Below, piece by piece: positions 21,074-30,748 of a stretch of 64,000 bases of DNA; the first letter of the stretch is position 1; each line of letters begins with the position of its first letter. Below the pieces are notes generated by a model. That model was not told the origin of the DNA and did no database searches. It saw nothing but the letters and a program-made list of their open reading frames with translations. The stretch comes from Candidatus Bathyarchaeota archaeon (GTDB lineage Archaea; Thermoproteota; Bathyarchaeia; 40CM-2-53-6), in the NCBI GenBank assembly GCA_963726255.1, contig CAVSBL010000002.1:384001-448000 (forward strand). The letters are read 5' to 3'. A program made the position numbers and the translations under genes.

Positions 21074-21230
21074 ACAGTCTCATGCTGTCACTTGTGTGGA
21101 GCTGTTGACGCCCTCAACGTTTCGCTTTAGTAGAAATGTGGAACTTTCTCCCTTTTAGACTTCTTCTCCAAGCCCCGTTAAATACCTAGACGGCTAATCT
21201 ACTGCTGTTGATGTGTGGAGGTGAGTTGAG

Positions 21231-21317
21231 ATGGCGAAGAAACGCAAGGTCAAGATGAAGCTTGCTGAGAGTGGTCACGTTAAATCTGAGACGGGACAAA
21301 CTGAATACGTAGCTTAA
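21231..21317 (+). CDS. 28-aa basic small protein
   Basis: MAKKRKVKMKLAESGHVKSETGQTEYVA; GGAGGTGA SD motif, TTAAATA box upstream, T-rich tract downstream. Confidence 0.6.
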   Translation: MAKKRKVKMKLAESGHVKSETGQTEYVA

Positions 21318-21348
21318 GGCCGTCGAGCACGGCAGGCGTGCAGTCCCG

Positions 21349-21370
21349 TCTTTCTTCTTGTTTTTCTTAT
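21349..21370 (+). terminator. Pyrimidine/T-rich archaeal terminator candidate
   Basis: ctttcttcttgtttttcttat after the small ORF. Confidence 0.45.
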
Positions 21371-21383
21371 CTCGAAATCTGGT

Positions 21384-22931
21384 TCATGGGGCTCTGCTTC
21401 TTCTAGCTATGGCGGAGAGTGCTTCCGTGGTTTCCTTCTCAGCCTGTTTCTGGATGGCCTCAACCTTCGTTCGCACTCGTCCCCGGTAGTCCTCATCTTT
21501 TGTGCTAGCTAGGTTTATGGTGACGTTGGAGATCGCTCCCAGCGTGCTTGCGTGTGCGAGATAGATTGCGGTTTGCAGGTCGGAAAGCGCGTTCTCATTC
21601 GCAAATTCAGCTAGCTTGTTGGCGATGGAGAGTATCCTGGATGCTTGTTCAGCGGTCTTTAACGGGACGTCTGCGGCTCCTTTCAGTCGGTTTTGGATTT
21701 CCTCCGCCCTCTTACGCTTCTCCTGCTCGTTCTCCTTTGGAAGGCGGTAAGCTTGCATTAACGCTGTGAAGCTTTGCGAATCCTCATCGACTAGAAGCAG
21801 AAGACCCTTCTGTAGAGATTCGCTCTCCGCGAGCACCTCTCCGGCCATTTTCCAGTTCTTCTCTTGTTCGGGTTTCTTGAGTGTCAGGCGAGAGACCATA
21901 CTCACAAGGCTTGCCGCCAGGGACCCGACGAATGCTGATACGCTGCCGCCCCCGGGTACGGGTTTGTCTGACGCTACTTCACTACCGAAGGTTGCCAAAC
22001 TCAGATCGATTAGCCTGTTGCCTTGAGCCTCTCCTAGCCTTCTTTCAATTATCTGGCTCTTGTTGAAGCTCCGCAACCGTAGGTAGAATTCTGCAGCATC
22101 AGTCAGGGCTTCCATTGGCACGAGTCCGACGATTTCACTTTCGAGCACTCCAACGCCTTGCTGCTGTGCGAGGGCCTTCGTGAGTTCGAAGGCTTTGAAA
22201 AGTTGGCTAGCTTTGTAGTCAACCATATTCATGGAGACTTGAACGATACCCCGGTCCTTCAAGTCGAAACCTAGAGCCTTGACGGCTGATAGGCCGCCGT
22301 CCCTTCCGCGTACTTGTTTGGCTATCTTCTTAGCTACGTCAAGGTTGTTCGTCGCTAGGTTAACGTTGTAGGCTATGAGAATCTGTCTCGCCCCAATGGC
22401 TGTAGCCCCCGCGGTTGCATGAATCGCGTTTGGGCCAAAGTCCGGCTTCTTGTCTGGATTCTTTCCGATTTCATCCCTAAGCCCCTCGAACTCTCCCTTC
22501 CTTACGTCGGCTAGGTTCCGTCTATCTGGACGCGTCGCAGCTTCCTCGTAGAGGAATACTGGAACCTTGAAGCGTAATGCAAAATCGTTCGCGAACTCCT
22601 TCGCAAGCTGCACGCATTCGGCCATGGTGACATCGGAGATGGGAACGAAGGGTATGACGTCGACCGCGCCCATCCGTGGGTGTTGGCCCTGGTGCTTGTT
22701 TAAATCGATGAGCTCGATCGCCTTTGCGCTGACCGCCAGTGCGGCTTCCTCGACTGCTTCTGGTTCCCCGACAAATGTTAAGACGGATCGGTTGTGGTCT
22801 GCGTCGGATTCAATGTCGAGCACCTTCACGTTTCTTGATTTGGCTTCCCCAACAATCGAATCGATGGCCTCTTTTCTTCGGCCTTCACTGAAGTTCGGGA
22901 CACATTCAACGAGTTTCAAAATTACCAACAC
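21384..22931 (-). CDS. ftcD: Glutamate formiminotransferase / formiminotetrahydrofolate cyclodeaminase fusion
   Basis: LVECVPNFSEGR, DHNRSV, HPRMGAVDVIPF; C-terminal ASDKPVPGGGSVSA. Confidence 0.95.
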   Translation of the reverse strand: MLVILKLVECVPNFSEGRRKEAIDSIVGEAKSRNVKVLDIESDADHNRSVLTFVGEPEAVEEAALAVSAKAIELIDLNKHQGQHPRMGAVDVIPFVPISDVTMAECVQLAKEFANDFALRFKVPVFLYEEAATRPDRRNLADVRKGEFEGLRDEIGKNPDKKPDFGPNAIHATAGATAIGARQILIAYNVNLATNNLDVAKKIAKQVRGRDGGLSAVKALGFDLKDRGIVQVSMNMVDYKASQLFKAFELTKALAQQQGVGVLESEIVGLVPMEALTDAAEFYLRLRSFNKSQIIERRLGEAQGNRLIDLSLATFGSEVASDKPVPGGGSVSAFVGSLAASLVSMVSRLTLKKPEQEKNWKMAGEVLAESESLQKGLLLLVDEDSQSFTALMQAYRLPKENEQEKRKRAEEIQNRLKGAADVPLKTAEQASRILSIANKLAEFANENALSDLQTAIYLAHASTLGAISNVTINLASTKDEDYRGRVRTKVEAIQKQAEKETTEALSAIARRSRAP

Positions 22932-23035
22932 GAAAGTGACCCACCGGAGCTAATTTGGTTTCGGTTGATTTCCATCAGGTCTATCGTTCTTTAAGGCGGA
23001 ACAACATTATCCATTGTCACTTCGAGTTGACGAAT

Positions 23036-23938
23036 TTGCCTGGTAAAATGATGGACGGGCGCCCGGTGGCCCAACAGGTACGGTCAAAGGTCAAGGAGCA
23101 GATCAGCGTTCTAAGAAAGCAGCGAGTAGAACCTAATCTTGCGACCATTCTCGTTGGCGACAACCCCGCGTCCAAGGCGTACCTGAGGAACATACACGCC
23201 GCATGTCAGGAGGTCGGAATCAACTCTCATAGCACTGACCTCCCTGCGAGTTCCTCTCAGGAAGAGTTGGGAAAAGTCATCAGGAAACTGAACGAAGATC
23301 GGAAAGTGACAGGGGTGTTGCTTCAACTACCTCTTCCCAAAGGCCTAAACGAGCTCGCTGCCACCTCCGAGATACGTGTGGAGAAGGACGTAGACGGGTT
23401 GAACCCGCGCAACCTTGGCCTGCTGTTTCAGAAGGCACCGAGAATTGTTCCCTGCACGCCCAAAGGGGTTATGGTGATTCTGAGGTATTACGGTGTGAGA
23501 ACTGCGGGTAAACATGCGGTAATAATTAACCGAACCAAGCTGCTCGGAAGGCCACTGTCGCAGCTGCTGCTCAACGAAGACGCCACTGTAACCGTTTGCC
23601 ATTCGAAGACTGAAGGGCTTGGCGGAATTGCGAAACAGGCAGATCTTCTGTTTACGGGGATTGGCCGCCGTAAGGAATTCACAGTGGACGCGAATATGAT
23701 TAAACCGGGGGCAACTGTAGTTGACATCGGAACCACTGGCATAGACGGAAAATTGGTGGGCGATGTAGATTTTGATTCGGCCATTCGGGTTGCTTCCCTG
23801 GTTACTCCTGTACCGGGCGGGGTGGGACCTATGACAATTGCCATGCTTCTGTACAATGCATTGCTAACCGCCTGCTTGCAGAAGGATGTGCCATTAGCAT
23901 TCAACCCTGATGAGTTGGGCTCTCCTGCAGCCGTATGA
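23036..23938 (+). CDS. folD: Methylenetetrahydrofolate dehydrogenase/cyclohydrolase
   Basis: LQLPLP, KDVDG, PCTPKG, TVTVCHSKT, TPVPGGVGPMT. Confidence 0.96.
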   Translation: MPGKMMDGRPVAQQVRSKVKEQISVLRKQRVEPNLATILVGDNPASKAYLRNIHAACQEVGINSHSTDLPASSSQEELGKVIRKLNEDRKVTGVLLQLPLPKGLNELAATSEIRVEKDVDGLNPRNLGLLFQKAPRIVPCTPKGVMVILRYYGVRTAGKHAVIINRTKLLGRPLSQLLLNEDATVTVCHSKTEGLGGIAKQADLLFTGIGRRKEFTVDANMIKPGATVVDIGTTGIDGKLVGDVDFDSAIRVASLVTPVPGGVGPMTIAMLLYNALLTACLQKDVPLAFNPDELGSPAAV

Positions 23939-24521
23939 GAGAAAACGTCAACTACGAGCGCAGATGCTCGCCCTAAGGAATAGCCATCCTTCGTCCGAAC
24001 TAGATTCTCTAAGCTCCAAGATCGAGGCGAAGTTAATCGAACTTCCGGCCGTGAAGAATTGCAGAACGATATCGACCTATCTGCACATTGGAAGTGAAGT
24101 AAGGACCAACGGTGTTGTCCAGTGGTCGATCCTCAACGATAAGAGAGTGATTGTGCCTATTACCGACAGAACAAGCAAACGGCTAACCTTCTGCGAACTT
24201 AAGGACCCGGAACGAGAACTTGAGAAGGGAAATTACGGAATTCCAGAACCGAAACCAGAATTCCGCCGTCCAGTCCCTCTGGAAGAGGCGGATGTAGTTC
24301 TCGTTCCCGGCGTCGCATGGGACCTGCAAGGGTTCAGGATCGGTTATGGAGCCGGGTACTACGATCGAAGCATTAACTCATTGCACACGCCTGTCATTAA
24401 ACTGGGGCTAGCCTACGAATTCCAAATGCTCTCGAAAATCCCGAGATCTCCTTTCGACCGACGAGTCAACAAGATCGTGACGGAAGAGAGAATTATCGAC
24501 ACAGATCCCCGGCCTCTATGA
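23910..24521 (+). CDS. 5-formyltetrahydrofolate cyclo-ligase
   Basis: YGIPEP, VLVPGVAWD, RIGYGAGYYDR. Confidence 0.93.
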   Translation: MSWALLQPYERKRQLRAQMLALRNSHPSSELDSLSSKIEAKLIELPAVKNCRTISTYLHIGSEVRTNGVVQWSILNDKRVIVPITDRTSKRLTFCELKDPERELEKGNYGIPEPKPEFRRPVPLEEADVVLVPGVAWDLQGFRIGYGAGYYDRSINSLHTPVIKLGLAYEFQMLSKIPRSPFDRRVNKIVTEERIIDTDPRPL

Positions 24522-24876
24522 CGTAGGTGAGGTGTCTCCAGCGTTGCTGCTAACCTTCGCAATTAAGAGGGTGGATCCACCCGTCTTGGGGTGGTGCCAA
24601 ACGGTGCCAAGCGAAGGTAACCCTCGGCTTGTTTTACGTCTCAATCCCCCCATACGAAGCGGTCTACAGGCCCGGGCCATGTCGAGGATTCTACCCGTGC
24701 GTGCACAACGGTATTTGTAGACGGTTAGTCGCTGGTAACTAACTGTATCGTTGAAATGCCTGCCAGCTCCGATACCCCAGGTTCATGTCATTTGAGCATC
24801 GTATTTGTGACTGTCTTCATCGCTAACAGGCGGATTGGTTCTATGATAACGAATCCAATGAGTGTTTTGCAGCCGC

Positions 24877-25749
24877 TCAGCGTTTGGACTTCTTAACGGC
24901 ATATTCAGCTATTTTCTCGGCCGCATTTAGGCCGGTCGCCGCCAAGAGGCCGCGAAAGCCTGGTGAGGCATTGACCTCGATCACGTAAGGTTCCGCGTCG
25001 ACCGAAATGAGATCGACGCCCGCGATTTCAACGCCAACGGCCTCAGCCGCCCTGACCGCGGTTTCTGCCTCCGCCCTAGAGGGCTTGTGCGGGATGCCTT
25101 GACCGCCTATGTGGATGTTACTTCTCCACTCGTGTGGGGCTGCCTTACGCTTCATAGCCCCAACAATTTCCTTATCGATCACGAATACTCGAATATCTTC
25201 ACCCGGATTGGGCAGGAATTTTTGAAGGCAAATCATCTGGTCAAGCTCGGAGAGGGTATCGATTATGGGTCCTGCCTCCTTTGCGTCTCTTACACGCATT
25301 ACGCCAATCCCCTGAGTCCCGCTCAGGAGTTTCATCACGAGCGGGGGTGAAAGGTACTCTGTTGGTTCTTCACTCTTGTTCCGAGAAGCGATGAGAACGC
25401 TTTCAGGAATCTTCACTCCTGCCGCATGGAGAGCCTGAAGGGCTAGGTACTTGTTTCTGGCAGTCAGCAGGCCGTTCATCGAAAGTGTTGAGGGAATTTT
25501 CATCAATTCGAAATGTTTGAGAAGCATAATGCCCAGCTGTGTGAGGCTGCGCCCAATTCTAGGTATTACAGCGTCTAGGCGAGAGAGCGATTTCTTCTCG
25601 TAAATTGCATCAACTTTCGATCCTTCCAACATCAGGTGTATCTCCGGCGTCTTGACATAAACTGCTTCAGAGCCCTTTGCTTTGAGCGCCCTCATGATTT
25701 CCGTCGTTGCCCAGAACTCTGGGTTCTTTGATAAGACCCCAATTTTCAT
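24877..25749 (-). CDS. RimK-family ATP-grasp alpha-L-glutamate ligase
   Basis: DAVIPRIG, KLLSGTQGIGV, EDIRVFV, WRSNIHIGG, IEVNASPG. Confidence 0.92.
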   Translation of the reverse strand: MKIGVLSKNPEFWATTEIMRALKAKGSEAVYVKTPEIHLMLEGSKVDAIYEKKSLSRLDAVIPRIGRSLTQLGIMLLKHFELMKIPSTLSMNGLLTARNKYLALQALHAAGVKIPESVLIASRNKSEEPTEYLSPPLVMKLLSGTQGIGVMRVRDAKEAGPIIDTLSELDQMICLQKFLPNPGEDIRVFVIDKEIVGAMKRKAAPHEWRSNIHIGGQGIPHKPSRAEAETAVRAAEAVGVEIAGVDLISVDAEPYVIEVNASPGFRGLLAATGLNAAEKIAEYAVKKSKR

Positions 25750-25814
25750 AAAATTCTTCCACTTGTCGATGTGAGCTTAATACTTGGTTTGCTCATAAAG
25801 CGCTCGCCGCCGTA

Positions 25815-26225
25815 GTGGTTTCATTGAAGGCGAAGAACAAGATCATTATCGGCCCAATTGAGTATGTGAAAGTGATCGGACACCACGGCGAGGCTAGGGT
25901 CAAAGGGAAAGTCGACACGGGAGCGAGCAGAACTTCAGTGGACGTATGGCTGGCGGCAAACATAGGCCTAGGGCCCACAGTAGACGTCGCCAAGCTGAAA
26001 TCCGCGTTTCTAGACAAAGTACGCACCCGACCCTTAGTGCGCGGCATTGTAGAAATTGCAGGCGAAAGGTTCGCTCTGCCTGTTACGGTTAATGACAGGT
26101 CGGACATGAGGTACCCTGTCCTCATTGGAATGGACATCCTAAAGTCGGGGCGGTTCCTAATTGACCCGAAGAAGAAAGCACCCCCAAGATATCGGGGCGT
26201 CGTAAAGGCAAAGAACTCAACGTGA
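25815..26225 (+). CDS. RimK-associated retropepsin-like protease
   Basis: KVDTGASRTS...NDRSDMRYPVLIG. Confidence 0.85.
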   Translation: MVSLKAKNKIIIGPIEYVKVIGHHGEARVKGKVDTGASRTSVDVWLAANIGLGPTVDVAKLKSAFLDKVRTRPLVRGIVEIAGERFALPVTVNDRSDMRYPVLIGMDILKSGRFLIDPKKKAPPRYRGVVKAKNST

Positions 26226-26295
26226 CATTCGATGACGGAATTAGGCTATAGTGTTTTTCAGTAGCCCTTGAGCAAAACGCGGCAAGTGGTCCTAC

Positions 26296-27231
26296 TTGTT
26301 ATCTGGCAGAGACTTTCTTTCAATGAGCGACCTAACCGGCGCGGACACTCAGTGGCTATTAGATCTAGCGGTAAGGCTCAAATCAGATGCAAAGCAAGGA
26401 ACGCTCAAACCTTCATTATCCGGCAAAGTCATTGGATTACTCTTTGAGAAACCCTCCACCCGAACCAGGGCTAGCTTCGAGACGGCTGTTTACCAGCTAG
26501 GTGGCCAGGCAATGTACCTTCGCGCTGATGAGCTTCAGCTGACCCGAGGCGAACCTCTGAAAGATACCGCGAGAATTCTCGGGGCTTACCTGAGTGGGAT
26601 CGTCATCCGAACGTACGCCCATCAGAATTTGGTGGAGTTCGCTGAGTATGCACCGGTGCCCATCATTAACGCTCTCAGCGATCTCGAGCACCCAACCCAA
26701 ATCATCTCGGACATGTTAACAGTTCTCGAGGCCAAAGGTAAGTTATCGGGCCTAAAGTTCGTGTGGGTTGGAGACGGGAACAACGTATGCAATTCGTGGC
26801 TGCTGGGCGGCGCAAGCATGGGCATGAATCTGTTCGTTTCCTGCCCCAAGGGCTATGAGCCGGACAGGTCTGCGGTTGAAAGGGCTCGCAGGCTTGCAAA
26901 GGAGTCCGATGGGGTCGTCGAGCTTGTGGCGAACCCGCAGAAAGCCGCTGAAGACGCGGATGTCCTCTATACTGATGTTTGGGTTAGCATGGGTCAGGAG
27001 AAGGAAGCCAAGAAGAAGGAGTTGACGTTCAAGCCGTTTCAGGTTAACGCCAAGCTTGTTGCAAAAGCCAAAGATGATGTTGCAGTCATGCACTGCCTCC
27101 CCGCCCACAGGGGACTGGAGATAACTGACGATGTGTTGGAGGGGCCGCAAAGCGTCGTGTGGAAGCAGGCTGAGAACAAGTTGCACGGAGCTCGGGCCGT
27201 TTTAGCTGCTTTTCTCGGCGTCCCCGAGTAG
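26296..27231 (+). CDS. argF: Ornithine carbamoyltransferase
   Basis: FEKPSTRTR, HPTQ, GDGNNV, TDVWVSMG, MHCLPAHRG. Confidence 0.96.
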   Translation: MLSGRDFLSMSDLTGADTQWLLDLAVRLKSDAKQGTLKPSLSGKVIGLLFEKPSTRTRASFETAVYQLGGQAMYLRADELQLTRGEPLKDTARILGAYLSGIVIRTYAHQNLVEFAEYAPVPIINALSDLEHPTQIISDMLTVLEAKGKLSGLKFVWVGDGNNVCNSWLLGGASMGMNLFVSCPKGYEPDRSAVERARRLAKESDGVVELVANPQKAAEDADVLYTDVWVSMGQEKEAKKKELTFKPFQVNAKLVAKAKDDVAVMHCLPAHRGLEITDDVLEGPQSVVWKQAENKLHGARAVLAAFLGVPE

Positions 27232-27654
27232 CGGCTGCGCCTGTAACTTCTCTAAGTGCTCGTGCGCCTTCCGCAGGGTGTCCTTCGCGTTCTTGTAGGT
27301 CAATCGTTCGTAGGCCTTCTCATAGGACATCCAATCGAAGCCCACATGCTCTCTCGAAAGTCGCACTGTGTCCGTTTTAGATTGCAGGAGGTAGAAGACA
27401 ACTTCTTTGTAGACGGTCTCGCCTGCCCTTCTGTAATAGTAGCTTATTGGGTTGCGGTAACCCTCAATGAACTTTGGGTCCGTTATTCCTGCTTCTTCCT
27501 CTGTTTCGCGGAGAACGGTTTCCCTTTCAGTTTCGCTATTTTCCACATGCCCTTTGACGAAATCCCAGTGTCCGCCTTCATAGTGAAGAAGGAGGTACTT
27601 CCGAACTCCATTAGCTTTGAAGATCACAGCTCCGCATGACTTCTCTGAAGGCAT
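27202..27654 (-). CDS. Nudix hydrolase (Ap4A hydrolase-like)
   Basis: HWDFVKGHVE...RETEEEAG Nudix box. Confidence 0.9.
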   Translation of the reverse strand: MPSEKSCGAVIFKANGVRKYLLLHYEGGHWDFVKGHVENSETERETVLRETEEEAGITDPKFIEGYRNPISYYYRRAGETVYKEVVFYLLQSKTDTVRLSREHVGFDWMSYEKAYERLTYKNAKDTLRKAHEHLEKLQAQPLLGDAEKSS

Positions 27655-27752
27655 AGGCTTGCACTCGAGTGATTATGAACGGCGGTAGAACCTCAACAGA
27701 AACGCTCGGGTTAATCTTCCTTTGCCTTGAGGATAGTCCTCGTATTCTTGGC

Positions 27753-28691
27753 CTAAACTAGGCCGGCAAACAGGAATGCCAGAACTGCCCCTAAAAGCGG
27801 GGCAAGTGTCCAGCCGATTATTATTTCCCATATTAGGCGGTTATTGCGGACGACTATTTTGCGAGGAATAGCGGCACCAAATACGCCTCCTACCACCGCT
27901 TGGGAAACAGACACGGGAATTCCGGCCTCGGTGAATCCATGGACCGTCAAGGCTCCTCCCATCTGCGCCGCGAAGGATGCTGAAGGGCTCAAACCTACGA
28001 TATTTTCTGAGACGCTCCTAGTGGTAGCCTTGCTGAGCATAACCATCCCAAGAATTGTCGCTAACCCAAGCGCGATGGAGGTAAGAGGTTCAATGCCCGC
28101 TGAACTTACCATGCCAATAATGAGTCCCACTGTGTTTGCCCCGAGCGTGTAGGCTGCGTAGATTCCGCTGAAAATGGTTAGGTACGCGTAGAGCATGTTC
28201 AAAGTGAGTACTCGTCGAACTCGTTTCGTGATCGCTTTTGTGATGAGAGTTAAGCCGATGGCTAACGCCAACCCTGCCAATGGTGTCAAAAGCCAGGATG
28301 ATGCCACGAGCAGAGTGAACCTCCAATTGACTGGTATCCCCAAGGCGAATGCGGCGCCTACGGCAGCCCCAATTGCAACCTGTGACAGGCTGATTGGAAG
28401 CTTGCGGAAAGTCAAGAACGCCATTATGACAAAGCTCGAAGCGGCCACCGCGAGGGTGAACCGGGGATTCGTTGAGGAAACTATGCCCGATGTTATTGCG
28501 TGGGACAGTTTGGTTCCCTCGAGAAGAATTCCGGCGAGAAGTCCGATTGAGGCAAGTGCGAGCGCTTGTCGGTACCGCAGTGCACCGGCCCCGACAGATG
28601 TTCCGAGGCAAGTGGAGAGGTTGTTAGCACCGAGCATGACGCACAACGCAAACCCCGAAATCAGTTCAAGATAGAATGGCATACTAGTCAA
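27753..28691 (-). CDS. PiT-family inorganic phosphate transporter
   Basis: Duplicated GANN/GANT signature, PISLSQ / GIPVSVSQ. Confidence 0.88.
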   Translation of the reverse strand: MTSMPFYLELISGFALCVMLGANNLSTCLGTSVGAGALRYRQALALASIGLLAGILLEGTKLSHAITSGIVSSTNPRFTLAVAASSFVIMAFLTFRKLPISLSQVAIGAAVGAAFALGIPVNWRFTLLVASSWLLTPLAGLALAIGLTLITKAITKRVRRVLTLNMLYAYLTIFSGIYAAYTLGANTVGLIIGMVSSAGIEPLTSIALGLATILGMVMLSKATTRSVSENIVGLSPSASFAAQMGGALTVHGFTEAGIPVSVSQAVVGGVFGAAIPRKIVVRNNRLIWEIIIGWTLAPLLGAVLAFLFAGLV

Positions 28692-28739
28692 GTACGATTC
28701 CGGCGATACAACTTGCCGAAGAATAACCGTGCCCTAGGT

Positions 28740-28916
28740 TCAAGCTCTCTTGGCGATCTGGTCGACCTTGTCCTTCAGGTCAGTGTACTTGTTCATAACG
28801 CCATGCTGTCTGCAGAAGTAGAGAGTTTCTTGTCTAGGCGCTGGCAGCGATGGCGAGTCCGCGGCCGGGCTTTCGGTCATCCGAGTCATCTCTTTTCCGC
28901 AGAGCGGGCATTTCAA
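28740..28916 (-). CDS. Small zinc-finger protein (CPxCG...CxxH), 58 aa
   Basis: Manual translation MKCPLCGKEMTRM...TLYFCRQHGVMNKY...KRA; below the ORF track cutoff. Confidence 0.7.
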   Translation of the reverse strand: MKCPLCGKEMTRMTESPAADSPSLPAPRQETLYFCRQHGVMNKYTDLKDKVDQIAKRA

Positions 28917-29016
28917 AACAAGATCAAACCTTCAATGCACATGATTGGAGTCCTATCCGACATTTAGCGATACCTAAAACCCTTTTATTAAAACTCTTCA
29001 AACTGAAGCGCTCTGC

Positions 29017-29706
29017 CTAAGCTTCCGCTTTAGCTACCAACGATATCACTAGGTCGGAAGAATCCTCTGCGGCGTCCGCTATCTCATCGAGTTTGAGAAC
29101 AACATCGCGAAGCTGAAGGAGCGTCAGCACTTCAAGGTCTGATTTGTGTGCGAAGATACGCTTTAGCAGGTGGTCCTTCACTTCGTCTGCCTCCTCTTCG
29201 GCGCGCTCAACGAGAAGTGATTTGCTAACAGCAAGCTTTGAATCGCTTTCAAGCGCTGCTACTGATTCTCGTAATAGTCGCACCGTTGATTGGAGCAAGT
29301 TGAAGAGGTCGCTCAGGGTGGCTTTGGGTTCTTCATATAGAAGGAGGAAGGAGGGGGCATCGATTGGCGATTCAGCAAGTATTCTTCCAGCGTTGTGTGC
29401 TGCGTCGGCCACTTCGTCATTCTCCTCCATGAGCTCGAGGAAGTCATCCCTAGTCCCCGCGAAGAATGCACCTTGAGATATTGCGAGCACCGCGTCCCGG
29501 TGCAACCCATCAGCCAGCGTCTCGAACTCGCCAATTCTGTCGCTCATTTCTTCAACTCTCTTCCAGTCACCGCTCTTCGCGGCTTCCAGTAGGAGCGCCA
29601 ATCCTTGGATTGTCTTATCCACGATCTCCAAATGGTCGGAAATGAGTTCTAGGACACGCCTTTCCTTCCTTCCAACCAACCGAAAGCGTCCGAAGAATCC
29701 TTTCAT
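29017..29706 (-). CDS. DUF47 / PhoU-like phosphate transport regulator
   Basis: ETLADG...GAFF..RDDF...DEVADAA; repeated DEIADAAEDSSD; near PiT. Confidence 0.88.
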   Translation of the reverse strand: MKGFFGRFRLVGRKERRVLELISDHLEIVDKTIQGLALLLEAAKSGDWKRVEEMSDRIGEFETLADGLHRDAVLAISQGAFFAGTRDDFLELMEENDEVADAAHNAGRILAESPIDAPSFLLLYEEPKATLSDLFNLLQSTVRLLRESVAALESDSKLAVSKSLLVERAEEEADEVKDHLLKRIFAHKSDLEVLTLLQLRDVVLKLDEIADAAEDSSDLVISLVAKAEA

Positions 29707-29719
29707 TCTGACCCGCCAG

Positions 29720-30598
29720 TTATGGGGAAGACACGTATTGGTCAAGAGTTCCTGGGGGCGGCAACCCAGTCAATTCCCTGTCAATGTAATTCTGTAGCCG
29801 TTTCAGAGTTTTCAGATGGGTTGGAGTCGCTATGCCCAACATCTGCATGGTCTGAATGCAGTTCTCCGGCGCGTATCCGTGAAAGTGGTTGTTGAAAATT
29901 CCAAAAGTTTTCTTCGTGTTCTGCTGAACCTCTTTGACCTTAGGCGCCCACTCCTGAAGCTGCTGTTGCGTATAGCGATAATCGTACCATGGTCGTTCCC
30001 CGTGGCCGTGCCACCTGATGTATCCTATCGATGAAGTAACGTGAATCTCAGGTGGCAAGAGTGGTTCATCAACGATACAATAAGCGGCTTCGTATTTCGA
30101 TAGGATGCGCCATGTCGCATCATCCATCCATGACTTGTGCCGGAACTCAACAACGTAATCATAACGATGTGGGAGCGCGGCCAAGAAGTTCTCAAGCAAC
30201 TTGTCGTTCTTTTTGAGAGAGGGTGGGAGCTGGACGAGGAAACATCCTAACCGATCCTGAGTCAACAAAGGGTCGAAGAGTTGCACGAAACTTTCCAATT
30301 CCTCTTGAGAATCTTCGTTTAACTTAAGCCGCAATTCATGTGTAAACTTCTGGTTAACCTTCGCACTGAACATAAACCCCCTTTTAGTATACCGAGTTAG
30401 ACCGAGGATTGTTCCTTCATCAGGTTGCTTGTAAAAGGATGAATTGAGCTCTACAGTATCGAAAACGGAGGCATACTGTTGAAGCATGCTCTTGCCGGGG
30501 TCGTAGAGCGGCCCCTCCCATTCCTTGTATGACCAACCGGCACATCCGAAATACAATCGAGCAGGTGATACCGCCGTCTCGCTATGCCTCCGAAGCAT
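29720..30598 (-). CDS. DUF72 (YecE-like) protein
   Basis: GCAGWSYKEW, TVELNSSFY, LVQLPPS, VEFRHKSW, YIRWHG, FNNH. Confidence 0.92.
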   Translation of the reverse strand: MLRRHSETAVSPARLYFGCAGWSYKEWEGPLYDPGKSMLQQYASVFDTVELNSSFYKQPDEGTILGLTRYTKRGFMFSAKVNQKFTHELRLKLNEDSQEELESFVQLFDPLLTQDRLGCFLVQLPPSLKKNDKLLENFLAALPHRYDYVVEFRHKSWMDDATWRILSKYEAAYCIVDEPLLPPEIHVTSSIGYIRWHGHGERPWYDYRYTQQQLQEWAPKVKEVQQNTKKTFGIFNNHFHGYAPENCIQTMQMLGIATPTHLKTLKRLQNYIDRELTGLPPPGTLDQYVSSP

Positions 30599-30748
30599 CC
30601 TCGAATCCGTTCATGGGAAGCTACCATGTGCGGCTTTATTTCTCCATTGCGGGGAATGGCCGCCTCCATCACTCAAACTATTCCTGTGGGACCATGTCAC
30701 CGCCGCGTGAATGATAACCGCTAATAATTCGTCAGTGCTTTCAGTTCA

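Noticed and set aside
24522-24876. 6S RNA-like or other ncRNA, or a Cys-rich small ORF, next to the 5-formyl-THF cyclo-ligase
   Set aside because: Bacterial ssrS lies upstream on the same strand, whereas this gap is downstream. I could not see a long rod-like structure, and a Cys-rich ORF would need an assumed frameshift.
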